Source of the DNA: Steroidobacteraceae bacterium
GTDB taxonomy: Bacteria; Pseudomonadota; Gammaproteobacteria; Steroidobacterales; Steroidobacteraceae
DNA length: 64,000 bases
Direction: 5' to 3'
Assembly: GCA_036555785.1 (NCBI GenBank)
Contig: DATBKP010000173.1
Coordinates: forward strand, 21,299-85,298
Shown here: positions 43,938 to 52,723 of the stretch, one piece after another
Numbering within the stretch: position 1 is the stretch's first letter
Layout: each line of letters starts with the position of its first letter
Made by a program: the position numbers and the translations under genes
Notes under the pieces: model-generated
What the model was told of the DNA's origin: nothing
Database searches by the model: none
What the model saw: only the letters and a program-made list of their open reading frames with translations

Positions 43938-45125
43938 CTAGTGCGGCTCCGCCGCGTAATGCTGCCGCAGCAGATCCTTCCCGTAGTCATTGCCGTTTGG
44001 CGTGCGCACCACGGCGTGGATGTGCTCGCGGTACGGCACGTCGGGATACAAGTGCCGCAGGTTGGCCGGCTTCTGGTGATCGAACTCGATCAGGATCACC
44101 GGGCTGTGAATGCGATAGTAGAACACCGAGTCCGGCTCGGTGCCGCCGATCCACGCGAAGTAGGTCTGATCCATGTGTGCGTCGACCTCGTCGATACGCA
44201 CGCGCGCCTGATCGTCGCGCATGTTGTGCACGTAGAGTCCGATCAGCCTCAACAGCTGGCGCTTCTGCGACGCGCTTAGCGTGCGTACCGCGACGCCAGC
44301 GTAGTCCAGCACCACGTTGTCCTTGAATGCTTCGGTCAGATTGTCGTTGCCTGTCTTCGATACGTGCAGCGTCGCGGCTTTGCGCTGCTCCGGCGTCAGC
44401 GCTTGCATGAACTCGAGCCCCGCATCCTGTTCCGGCTTCATCACGCGCGTGCCGCGATACTTGCCCGCGGCTGCATACGTAGGCTCGGAGCCGAAGAAGG
44501 CTGGCGTCATCACGACCTGGTCGCCGAGCACGAAGTAGTTGAGGATCAGGTGGTGGCCGTCGAGCTGAAAGCCCCACGGCTCGCGCGCCGCTGGCGTTCC
44601 CATGACCGTGACCCAGTACAGCCCCTCGTCGTATTCGACGAAGTTGTCGTGGTTGAGCTCGCCGAGCGTGTGGTTGAGCTTCATGATGTCCTGGCTCAGC
44701 TTCAGCCCCTTCGCGCTCAGTGCCGCGCCGAGCAGTCCGAACGCAGCCGCGCGCTGCGCCTCGCTCATCTCTTTGAAGCCCACGCCCTGGCGTACGTAGA
44801 AGCTCTGATTCATCCACTTGCGCCATTCGACGTCGTCGACCGGGAACATCGTCCTGGCTCGCTGCTCCGGCGTCAGAGCCGCGAGAAACTTCTCTGCGGC
44901 AGTCCGTACCGGCGCGGTGGAGACGCCGGTGGCATGCACCGGGAACAGGCCGCGAACCGGCTCGCCGTTCGTGGTGATGCCTTTGAACTCCTCGGCGAGG
45001 CCGGTCTTTTCCGCGGCGCGTGACATCTCGGGAAAGCGTGCGACGCGATCGGTCTGGGCGAGCGCCACCCAGGCGAGCGACAGGGTGGCCGCGAACAGGA
45101 CGAATCTGCTGCTGGATCGTGACAT
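43938..45125 (-). CDS. DUF3500-family secreted protein
   Basis: ATG at 45125 with signal peptide [23 protein letters not shown]. The [10 protein letters not shown] motif is typical of DUF3500. Confidence 0.75.
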   Translation of the reverse strand: MSRSSSRFVLFAATLSLAWVALAQTDRVARFPEMSRAAEKTGLAEEFKGITTNGEPVRGLFPVHATGVSTAPVRTAAEKFLAALTPEQRARTMFPVDDVEWRKWMNQSFYVRQGVGFKEMSEAQRAAAFGLLGAALSAKGLKLSQDIMKLNHTLGELNHDNFVEYDEGLYWVTVMGTPAAREPWGFQLDGHHLILNYFVLGDQVVMTPAFFGSEPTYAAAGKYRGTRVMKPEQDAGLEFMQALTPEQRKAATLHVSKTGNDNLTEAFKDNVVLDYAGVAVRTLSASQKRQLLRLIGLYVHNMRDDQARVRIDEVDAHMDQTYFAWIGGTEPDSVFYYRIHSPVILIEFDHQKPANLRHLYPDVPYREHIHAVVRTPNGNDYGKDLLRQHYAAEPH

Positions 45126-45145
45126 GGCGTATAAGATCCCGGCCC

Positions 45146-47341
45146 ATGAGCATTCTCGCATGCGTGCTCGCAGCCGTCGCGGCTATCTGCGTCTACGCAT
45201 GCATCGCTCACGTCTTCGCTGCCCGGCATCCCTGGTTTCGCAGCGTTCACCTGATCTTCGCCGCACTGGCGCTGATGGCTGCGGTACACGCTGCCGCTCA
45301 CATCGGCGTGTATTCCGCGAAGGACGTCGGCGCGTACGTCGCTGCCGAGCGTTATTCCAATCTGGCAGGTGCGTTTGCGATGGCGCTGGTGCCGTGGCTG
45401 GTCCAGGGCTACTTCGCGGCCGGGAGCCGCTGGATCGCGATCGTCATGAGTGCGTTCTACGCGCTCAGCGGCGTGATCTATGAAGTCGCTGCAGTCGGCT
45501 CGCCGTCCCGGCCGACGCCGGTGCTCGAACGAATCGCACTGCCATGGGGAGAGATGGCAACGATCCATCGTTTGCCGGAGGTGCCGGTTGCGGCATGGAT
45601 CTTCTGGGGCGTGAGCCTGCTGCTGCTCGCGTACGTGGCTGCATTGTGCGCAGGTCAGCGACAACGACGCGGCTCGCTGCAAGCCCTCGCCATGGCCGGC
45701 AGCATCTCCGCGCTCATGCTGGCGCTCGCGGCGAACATGCTGATCCTCGCCGGTGACCTCGACTCGATCTTCCTCGGCGAGTTCGGCTTCCTGGCGATCG
45801 TGCTGACGATGATGCGGCTGCTCAGCGGCGAGGAGAGCTATCGCGCGATGATCGGGCAGGCGTCGGTGGGGATCTTCGTGGTGTCGGCGACCGGCCGGTT
45901 CCTGGACGCGAATCGCGTCGGCGAGCTCATGCTGGCCCGCACGCGAGCCGAGTTGCGCAAGCTCTCGCTGCACGACGTCGTGGTAAGTGCGCCGACGACG
46001 GCGCCGATTCCGCGCATCGTGCAGGCGCTGCGGCGTGGTGACGGCACGACCGTGCTCGCGGATATTTCGTCGCAACGGCTGTCGGACGGCCGGACGCTCT
46101 GTGTCGCGCTGAACGTGACGGAGACGGTGCGCATAGAGACGGCCTTGCAACTGCTGGCCGAGTCCGGTCCGGCGGAAGACAGCGAAGCATTCGTCGGCCG
46201 CTGCGCGGCGACGCTTGCGCAGGCATTTGGCGCGAGTCACGCCGTCGTGGGCATGGTCGATGAGCACGCCGGCAGGATTCGTATCCTCGGGCAGTCGCCG
46301 GCGCGACCGGCCGCCGACGACGGCTATCCTCTCGCGACCGCGCCCTGTGCGCAGCTGAGCGCGGAGCGGCGCTCGATGCACGTCACCGGACTCGCTGCGC
46401 AATTTCCCGAGCACGCGCCGTTCACGCGCTTTGCTTCGGGCGCTTATCTCGGCGCGGCGATTCTCAATTCGGCGGGCAGCGTCACCGGCGTCGTCGAGAT
46501 CTGGGATGAGACGCCGTTCGCCGTCGGCCCGGGCTCGCAACAGATTCTCGAAACCTTCGCGCATCGTATCGGCGCAGAGCTCGAGCGCGCTGCCGCGGAT
46601 CGCGGGCTGCGCGAGCTCACGGCAACACTCGAGGCGCGCGTCGCGGCGCGTACCTCGGAGCTGGCGCGGGCCAACGAGGAGCTCGAAGCATTTTCGTATT
46701 CCGTGTCGCACGACCTGCGCGGTCCGGTACGTGCCGTCGATGCGCACGCCGCAATGTTGCTGGAGGAGGCGGACGCCGTGCTCGACGCCGGGGCGCGACG
46801 ACACGTCGATCGTATCGTCCAGGCGGCGCGGCGCATGCGCGACCTGATCAACGGGCTGCTGCAGCTCGCGCAGCTGTCGCACCAGCCGCGCTCGCTGCAG
46901 ATCGTCGATCTGAGCCAGCTGGCGAGCCACGCGATGGAGCTGCTGCAGGAGCGGGATCGTGAGCGCCGCGTGGAATTCGTCTGCGCGCCGGGGGTGCGAG
47001 CGAGCACGGACCTGACGGCCATCAACGTCGTGTTGACGAACCTGATCGAGAACGCCTGGAAGTATTCGTCCCAGGTGCCGCACGCCCGCATCGAGTTCGG
47101 CGTACAGCGCGAGAACGACGCCACCGTGTACTTCGTACGCGACAACGGCACCGGCTTCGAGATGCAGTACGCCAAACGGCTGTTCAAACCCTTCCAACGG
47201 CTGCACGCGTCGGGCGACTATCCCGGCTCCGGCATCGGCTTGGCGACGGTCGATCGGCTGATCCGGCGCCTGGGAGGCCGTGTCTGGGCCGAAAGCGCGC
47301 CCGGCGAGGGCGCGACGTTCTACTTCACGCTCGGGTCGTAG
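45146..47341 (+). CDS. Multi-TM sensor histidine kinase (7TM-type N-terminus, PAS, GAF, HisKA, HATPase_c)
   Basis: ATG at 45146. H-box [12 protein letters not shown] box [10 protein letters not shown] boxes DNGTGF and GSGIGLATV. Confidence 0.9.
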   Translation: MSILACVLAAVAAICVYACIAHVFAARHPWFRSVHLIFAALALMAAVHAAAHIGVYSAKDVGAYVAAERYSNLAGAFAMALVPWLVQGYFAAGSRWIAIVMSAFYALSGVIYEVAAVGSPSRPTPVLERIALPWGEMATIHRLPEVPVAAWIFWGVSLLLLAYVAALCAGQRQRRGSLQALAMAGSISALMLALAANMLILAGDLDSIFLGEFGFLAIVLTMMRLLSGEESYRAMIGQASVGIFVVSATGRFLDANRVGELMLARTRAELRKLSLHDVVVSAPTTAPIPRIVQALRRGDGTTVLADISSQRLSDGRTLCVALNVTETVRIETALQLLAESGPAEDSEAFVGRCAATLAQAFGASHAVVGMVDEHAGRIRILGQSPARPAADDGYPLATAPCAQLSAERRSMHVTGLAAQFPEHAPFTRFASGAYLGAAILNSAGSVTGVVEIWDETPFAVGPGSQQILETFAHRIGAELERAAADRGLRELTATLEARVAARTSELARANEELEAFSYSVSHDLRGPVRAVDAHAAMLLEEADAVLDAGARRHVDRIVQAARRMRDLINGLLQLAQLSHQPRSLQIVDLSQLASHAMELLQERDRERRVEFVCAPGVRASTDLTAINVVLTNLIENAWKYSSQVPHARIEFGVQRENDATVYFVRDNGTGFEMQYAKRLFKPFQRLHASGDYPGSGIGLATVDRLIRRLGGRVWAESAPGEGATFYFTLGS

Positions 47342-47374
47342 CAGCGGGACTGCGGCTTGTAGCGTTCCCGAGCG

Positions 47375-47863
47375 CTATTCGCGCGCGAAGGCGATGCGCC
47401 AGGCCTCGACCCACTGACCGTCACGCTGCTGCTCGGTCACGGCGAGCATCTTCGCGTCGCCTGCGAATTTCCAGATGGTCCGCAGCACCATCGTCTTGCC
47501 GCCCTGCTCGTAGCGTTCTTCCGGAAAGCGCAGTTCGTTCTGTGCGGGCTGCACGCTGCCTTCGCTGTAGCCGCCCTGGCTATTGAAGTAGTGATAAGAA
47601 ATCTGCCGCGCTTTCGTGTCGTAGCGATAGAAGGTTTCGCCGCCGTACGGCGCGCGCTTGCCGGTGACGACGTGCTTGTCGTGCAGGAATTTGCCGTCAT
47701 ACGCCCATTCGAAGCAATGCCGATCCCAGCTGCCGCCTTCGGCGAACTCGCCTTTCCAGCAATGGCCGGCGAGGCGCGACAACGGTGCCAGCGGCGCATC
47801 GGCCGCGGGGGTTGCCGACGCAAATGCGAGCGAGCCGAACAGGACCGCGGGAATGACCTTCAT
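47375..47863 (-). CDS. Secreted hypothetical protein (lipocalin/DUF1579-like by pattern)
   Basis: ATG at 47863 with signal peptide MKVIPAVLFGSLAFASA. It starts 11 nt after the upstream gene stop. Confidence 0.55.
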   Translation of the reverse strand: MKVIPAVLFGSLAFASATPAADAPLAPLSRLAGHCWKGEFAEGGSWDRHCFEWAYDGKFLHDKHVVTGKRAPYGGETFYRYDTKARQISYHYFNSQGGYSEGSVQPAQNELRFPEERYEQGGKTMVLRTIWKFAGDAKMLAVTEQQRDGQWVEAWRIAFARE

Positions 47864-47874
47864 ATATATGTCTC

Positions 47875-48273
47875 TCAATGCCAGAGTCCGAGGACCAGAC
47901 CGATCAGCGTGTACTGCAGCGTGTGATAACCGCCGTTGATCAGGAACAGCCGCAGCCCCCGCTGCTCGAACAGATAATTGATGCCGAACGAGCCGGCGAC
48001 CCAGCACAAGCCCGCGGAGAATCCCGCGGCGGTCGCGAACATCAGCTCCGGCTTCGGTCCAAGGAAGGCCGCGAACACGGCTGCACCGATCACCGCGAGC
48101 ACGAATGCGCTGCCCATGATCTTCGCCATGTTCGCCGACTTCGCCTGTGCTTCGCTGACGCCGCTCGCGACGCTCCACGCCTTGCCGAACAGCACCGGCG
48201 AATACCACAGTCCACCCAGGATCATGCTCGACAGGCCGGCGGCAAGCACGGCCCAGAGGTTCAGTTGCGGCAT
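47875..48273 (-). CDS. DUF1761-family membrane protein
   Basis: ATG at 48273. The N-terminus NLWAVLAAGLSSMILGGLWYSP is typical of DUF1761. Four hydrophobic segments. Confidence 0.65.
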   Translation of the reverse strand: MPQLNLWAVLAAGLSSMILGGLWYSPVLFGKAWSVASGVSEAQAKSANMAKIMGSAFVLAVIGAAVFAAFLGPKPELMFATAAGFSAGLCWVAGSFGINYLFEQRGLRLFLINGGYHTLQYTLIGLVLGLWH

Positions 48274-48322
48274 GGGCGGATGGTAACGAGGCCACCGCCG
48301 GCCTCCTTGTAAAAAAGTTACC

Positions 48323-49207
48323 TCAGCTGACGACGACCGTGAGGCCGTCGACCGATCCGGCGGCCGCATATTCGCTCGGGCTCATGCCGGAGAATTCGCG
48401 GAACTCGTGATTGAAGTGCGCCTGGTCGTAGTAGCCGCAGCTCAGTGCGAGGCGCGTCCAGTCCAGGCCGTGTCCGCGTTGCACGAGGTCCACGACGCGG
48501 CGGAAGCGAAACATCCGCGCGTAGGTTTTCGGCGTCAGCCCGATGTGCGAATCGAACAGATCGCCCAGGTGCTTGCGGCTGATCGACACGGAGCGGCAGA
48601 TGCTCGCGATGCGCTCCGCGCCGCCGGTGCGCGTCAGCATGTCGACGGCGATCTGCGCGTCGGGTCGCAACTTCACGCGACTGCGCGCCAGGCGGCCGCG
48701 GGCGAAGTCGCAGAGCACGGCGAACTGCTCCGCCGCATCCTCGCAATCGCCGAGTCGCTGATGAACCGCTGCGATCGCGTCACCTAGCACGCTGTCGAGC
48801 TCGAACACGTTCTGCGCCACCGCGCCGAGCGGAATGCCGAGCAGGCGATACGCGCCGAGCGGCGGCATGCGCACGCTCAACAGATAAGAAGGCTCGCTCG
48901 GATCGTATTGCGGCGTAACGGTCAGCCACTCGCGCTGCATGCCGGAGATCCACGCGCGTTTGAACAGCCGATCGGCCGGCGGCCGGTTCGGCACGCCGAA
49001 CGGCTTGCGCAGATTGAACATCAGCTCGATGTTGTTCTGCGGCAGGATCTTCTCGTACAGGAACGTGACGCGGCCGCGCGAGATCCAGAAGCATTCGACG
49101 ATGCCGGCGAGGTCCGGCGGCGGCGGCGCGATCAGGAATTCCCATTCGCCCAGCGCACTCTCGAAGTGCTGGCAGTGAAACGGCAGTGCAGGCAGGGCGG
49201 CGGCCAT
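48323..49207 (-). CDS. AraC-family transcriptional regulator
   Basis: C-terminal double HTH (...FRFRRVVDLV...LALSCGYYDQAHFNHEFREFSGMSPSEY). Confidence 0.85.
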   Translation of the reverse strand: MAAALPALPFHCQHFESALGEWEFLIAPPPPDLAGIVECFWISRGRVTFLYEKILPQNNIELMFNLRKPFGVPNRPPADRLFKRAWISGMQREWLTVTPQYDPSEPSYLLSVRMPPLGAYRLLGIPLGAVAQNVFELDSVLGDAIAAVHQRLGDCEDAAEQFAVLCDFARGRLARSRVKLRPDAQIAVDMLTRTGGAERIASICRSVSISRKHLGDLFDSHIGLTPKTYARMFRFRRVVDLVQRGHGLDWTRLALSCGYYDQAHFNHEFREFSGMSPSEYAAAGSVDGLTVVVS

Positions 49208-49234
49208 ATGGTTGTTCTCCCCGGCCGATCGATA

Positions 49235-50935
49235 CTACTGCGCCGCCGGCGCTGCCGGCCAGCCGCCGCTGACGACTTTGCCGCCGACGACCGTCGCGAG
49301 CACCTTGGCCTCGCGGATCTGCTCCGGCGGAATCTTGAACAGGTCGCGATCGATCAGCACCAGATCGGCGAGCTTACCGGCGGTCAGCGAGCCTTTGCGC
49401 GCTTCGTCGAACGAGGCATACGCGCCGCCCGTCGTATAAGCACGCAATGCTTCTTCGACGGTGATCTTCTGCGCCGGCACCCAGCCGTCGGGATTCTTGT
49501 CGTCGAGCGTGCGGCGCGTGACGGCGGCGTAAATTCCTTCGAGCGGCGTCGCCGGCGCGACGGACCAGTCGCTGCCGAAAGCGAGCCGCGCTTTCGCGTC
49601 GAGCAACGAGCGGAACGCGTACGTCGTGGCAATGCGCTTGCCGATGAACTGCTCGGCCCAGCGGCCGTCGTCGATCGCATGGTAGGGCTGCATGCTCGCG
49701 ATGACATCGAGTTGTGCGAAACGCGGGATGTCGCTCTCGCGCAGGTGCTGGGCGTGCTCGACGCGGAAGCGACGGTCGCGCGCGCCGTCTTCCTTCTCGA
49801 CGCGCTCGTAGATGTCGAGCAGCATGGCGATCGCGCGATCGCCGATGGCATGCACCATGACATGCAGGCCGGCTTTATCGGCACCGGAGATCCACTTGTA
49901 CATGTCCTCCGGCGGATTCACCAGCAGGCCGCGATCCTTCGGCGAGTCCGCGAACGGCTCTTCGAACGCCGCGGTGTGCGAGCCGAGCGAGCCGTCCATG
50001 AAGCCTTTCAATCCACCGACGCGCAGCCACTCGTCGCCGCGGCCGTCAGCGCCGCCGTACGTCTTGGCCGCCACTGTGTCGCGCAGCTTTTCCCATTCCG
50101 CAAGCGGTGTCACCGCATAGATTCGCGTCGTCAGCGTCTTCGCCTTGGCCGCGCGCGCGAAAATTTCCAGGTCGCCGAACGTACCCATGTTGTGAACGGT
50201 CGTGACGCCTTGTGCGTTGACGTACTGCATCGCCGCTGCAAGCGCACGATCGTTCATTTCCGCGGAGGCCGCAGGCACGACGGCGTCGACCAGCGACATC
50301 GCGTTGTCCTTGAAGATGCCCGTCGGCTCACCCTTGCGGTCGCGAACGATCGCGCCACCGGCAACGTCCTGGGTTGCGCGCGTGATGCCGGCGAGCTTCA
50401 GCGCGGCGCTGTTCGCCAGCGACATGTGGCCATCGAGCCGGTTGACCCACACGGGATGGTCCGGCGTGACGGAGTCGATCCACTCGCGCGTCGGCAGCTC
50501 ACCGCCCCACAGCGTGTGATCCCAGTCGCCACCCGTGATCCATGTGCCGGCGGGTAGCGTCGCCGCGAATGCCTTGATACGCGCAGCGAATTCCTGGCGC
50601 GTCCGAGCGTCCCGCAGCTGCACCGAGGCCAGGCCGAAGCCACCGCTGATGAAGTGCACGTGCGCGTCGGTGAATCCCGGCACGATCAAGCGGCCGCCGG
50701 CATCGACGACCTGCGCTGCGTTCGCCTTCCTGGCGTCTGCATCGCTGCCGACCAGCGCCAGCGTCTCACCATCTATCACCAACGCTTGCGCCCACGGTTG
50801 CGCGTCGTCACCGGTCCAGATGCGAGCATTGACGATGGCAAGCGTGCCGGGCTTGGCGGCAACGGGCGCCGGCTGCTTCGAGCACGCAGCGGCGATGAGC
50901 ATACATACACAGGCGATGAGCAATTTAGGACGCAT
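49235..50935 (-). CDS. Amidohydrolase-3 family metal-dependent hydrolase, lipoprotein
   Basis: ATG at 50935 with lipobox LIAAAC. Metal motif GFTDAHVHF. Later conserved His and Asp residues present. Confidence 0.85.
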   Translation of the reverse strand: MRPKLLIACVCMLIAAACSKQPAPVAAKPGTLAIVNARIWTGDDAQPWAQALVIDGETLALVGSDADARKANAAQVVDAGGRLIVPGFTDAHVHFISGGFGLASVQLRDARTRQEFAARIKAFAATLPAGTWITGGDWDHTLWGGELPTREWIDSVTPDHPVWVNRLDGHMSLANSAALKLAGITRATQDVAGGAIVRDRKGEPTGIFKDNAMSLVDAVVPAASAEMNDRALAAAMQYVNAQGVTTVHNMGTFGDLEIFARAAKAKTLTTRIYAVTPLAEWEKLRDTVAAKTYGGADGRGDEWLRVGGLKGFMDGSLGSHTAAFEEPFADSPKDRGLLVNPPEDMYKWISGADKAGLHVMVHAIGDRAIAMLLDIYERVEKEDGARDRRFRVEHAQHLRESDIPRFAQLDVIASMQPYHAIDDGRWAEQFIGKRIATTYAFRSLLDAKARLAFGSDWSVAPATPLEGIYAAVTRRTLDDKNPDGWVPAQKITVEEALRAYTTGGAYASFDEARKGSLTAGKLADLVLIDRDLFKIPPEQIREAKVLATVVGGKVVSGGWPAAPAAQ

Positions 50936-51686
50936 CGTTGTTCTCGTTGTTGAGTTTACGGATGAACTGACTGAAGCCACTGTACTGCCACGGCCGCAAG
51001 GCGACCAGGAATGCTGCGCCCGCGCGCTCGGCGATCGGCACGGCGCGATCGCGATCCATGATTTCGGTGCACTCGCGCACGGCGTTCTGCAGCGCCCGCT
51101 TGATCTGCGTGAACGCCGCGGGGGACACCACACCGCCGTAGAAAATGAGCTCCTCGCGCTTGCCGTGGAAGTGAGTCGCGAGGAATTCCTTGATGAGCTT
51201 CTGGTGGATGTAGTTGTACACGGGCCCGCCCGGACGCCAGGCGAAGTGGCGGCTGACCAGCACGCGGGTGCGGTTGCCGGGTTGCAGCTCGATGATCCGC
51301 AGCCGGTCGAGCTTGATCAGGTAGCGCAGCGCCTCGCGCTGCGTGAAGTCGTAGCTGCGGACGATGTCGTCGAGCTGCCAGCGGTTCAGCACCAGCCAGG
51401 TCATCAGGAACAGCTTCGAGTCCGCGACGACTTCCTGTTCCTGCTCGAGCGTCAGCTGGTTGATCTGCGTCGCCTGCGTCTGCATCTGCTCGACCAGCTC
51501 CGACAGCTGCAGCCCGGCGAGCTCGCAAATCAGGTCGAGCCGCTCGAGCGAGAAATCGCCGGCCGCGAACAGGCGCTTGACGCTCGCCTCGCTCAGTCCA
51601 AGGTGCTTCGCGACGTGCGCATAGGTGATGCCGCGGCCTCGCAGCGCGCGCTTCAACTCGGCGACGATCTGGGTTCGCTGCGCCAT
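50925..51686 (-). CDS. XRE-family HTH transcriptional regulator
   Basis: N-terminal HTH ITYAHVAKHLGLSEASVKRLF. The 3' end overlaps the amidohydrolase start by 11 nt. Confidence 0.8.
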   Translation of the reverse strand: MAQRTQIVAELKRALRGRGITYAHVAKHLGLSEASVKRLFAAGDFSLERLDLICELAGLQLSELVEQMQTQATQINQLTLEQEQEVVADSKLFLMTWLVLNRWQLDDIVRSYDFTQREALRYLIKLDRLRIIELQPGNRTRVLVSRHFAWRPGGPVYNYIHQKLIKEFLATHFHGKREELIFYGGVVSPAAFTQIKRALQNAVRECTEIMDRDRAVPIAERAGAAFLVALRPWQYSGFSQFIRKLNNENNDAS

Positions 51687-51843
51687 GGCCCGTTCCCCCG
51701 AATTACGGACAAAGTATCACATGACGATACTTCGCGGCGTCGGTCCCGCTACTTGAGTAGCTTCCATTGCGCCTGTCGGCGCCCGGCCAGACAGTGCGCC
51801 GCGCATCGATTCGATGCGCTCTCGATCCAGGCAGGAGACCGCC

Positions 51844-52723
51844 ATGAAGCCCCGAATCCTTCGCGCCGGCCGCACCCTCGCGCTGACGAGCGTCGCCGCG
51901 CTCATGCTGTCCGGATGCACGGCGCTGGATGCGCTGATGGGTGGCTCAAACGGCACCCGGCAGACGCACAACTCGTCGAGCCTCGTCGAATTCCTCTACC
52001 CGAACGGCGCCACGCCGCCCGCTGAGAACCAGATTCCGGAGCTGAAGGTGCCGCTGCGCGTCGGCCTGGCGTTCCTGCCTTCGCCCGAAGGCGCCGGTCC
52101 GACGGCCGCCGATCGCGAAGCATTGCTGGAGCAGATCCGCCAGCGCTTCTCGAGCCGCAAGTTCGTGACCGAAATCGTCACGATCCCCGAGTACTACCTG
52201 CGCAACAGCAAAGGCTTCGAAGGATTGCAGGGCGTGCAGCGCCTGTACTCGGTCGACATCATGGCGCTGGTTTCGTACGACCAGGTCGAGCACCTGGACG
52301 AGAACGAGTGGTCGCTCGGCTACCTCACCATCGTCGGCGCGTACGTGCTCAAGGGCAACCGTCACGACGTTGCGACGCTCGTCGATCTCGCGGTCGTGGA
52401 TCCCGTGACGCAGTCGCTGATCCTGCGTGCCGGGCACTGACAGCCGCGCTCGCAACTCGACGCTCGTGGATCAGCCGCGCGAAGCGCGCGAGTCGAACAC
52501 CGCCAGCTTCGCGGCCGCGACGACGCAGATGGTCGACAACTTCGATGTTGCGCTGACGAAGTTCGAAGCCGACGTGCGCGCGGGCAAGGCCAACGTCCGC
52601 GTCGCCAAGCGCGCGAGCGGCGGCGGCAGCAGTGGTGGTGGCGGCAGCTTCGCGCCGCTATCGCTCGGCGTACTGATGATCCTGGTTGTTGCGCGTCGCC
52701 GTGCCGTGCAGCGCGTCGCTTAG
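51844..52723 (+). pseudogene. Rhombotarget-type lipoprotein (lipobox + GlyGly-CTERM) interrupted by a +1 frameshift near 52431-52440
   Basis: Frame 1 runs MKPRIL...LMLSGC... and ends at TGA 52438-52440. The next frame continues ...TDSRARNSTLVDQ... and ends in GGGSSGGGGSFAPLSLGVLMILVVARRR, a GlyGly-CTERM-type tail. The second piece has no signal peptide of its own. Confidence 0.65.

Noticed and set aside
44873-47206. 777-aa minus-strand ORF antisense to the 7TM-PAS-GAF histidine kinase. The ORFs at 42668-43990, 48908-50557, 52994-55561, 16258-17925, 37264-39138 and 34567-36156 are the same kind.
   Set aside because: All lie opposite genes with strong catalytic motifs and have Arg/Ala/Gly/Pro-rich featureless translations.
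52427-52723. 98-aa ORF treated as an independent gene
   Set aside because: It has a GTG start, no ribosome-binding site and no signal peptide, yet carries a C-terminal GlyGly-CTERM sorting signal. It is better explained as the frameshifted 3' part of the lipoprotein gene starting at 51844.
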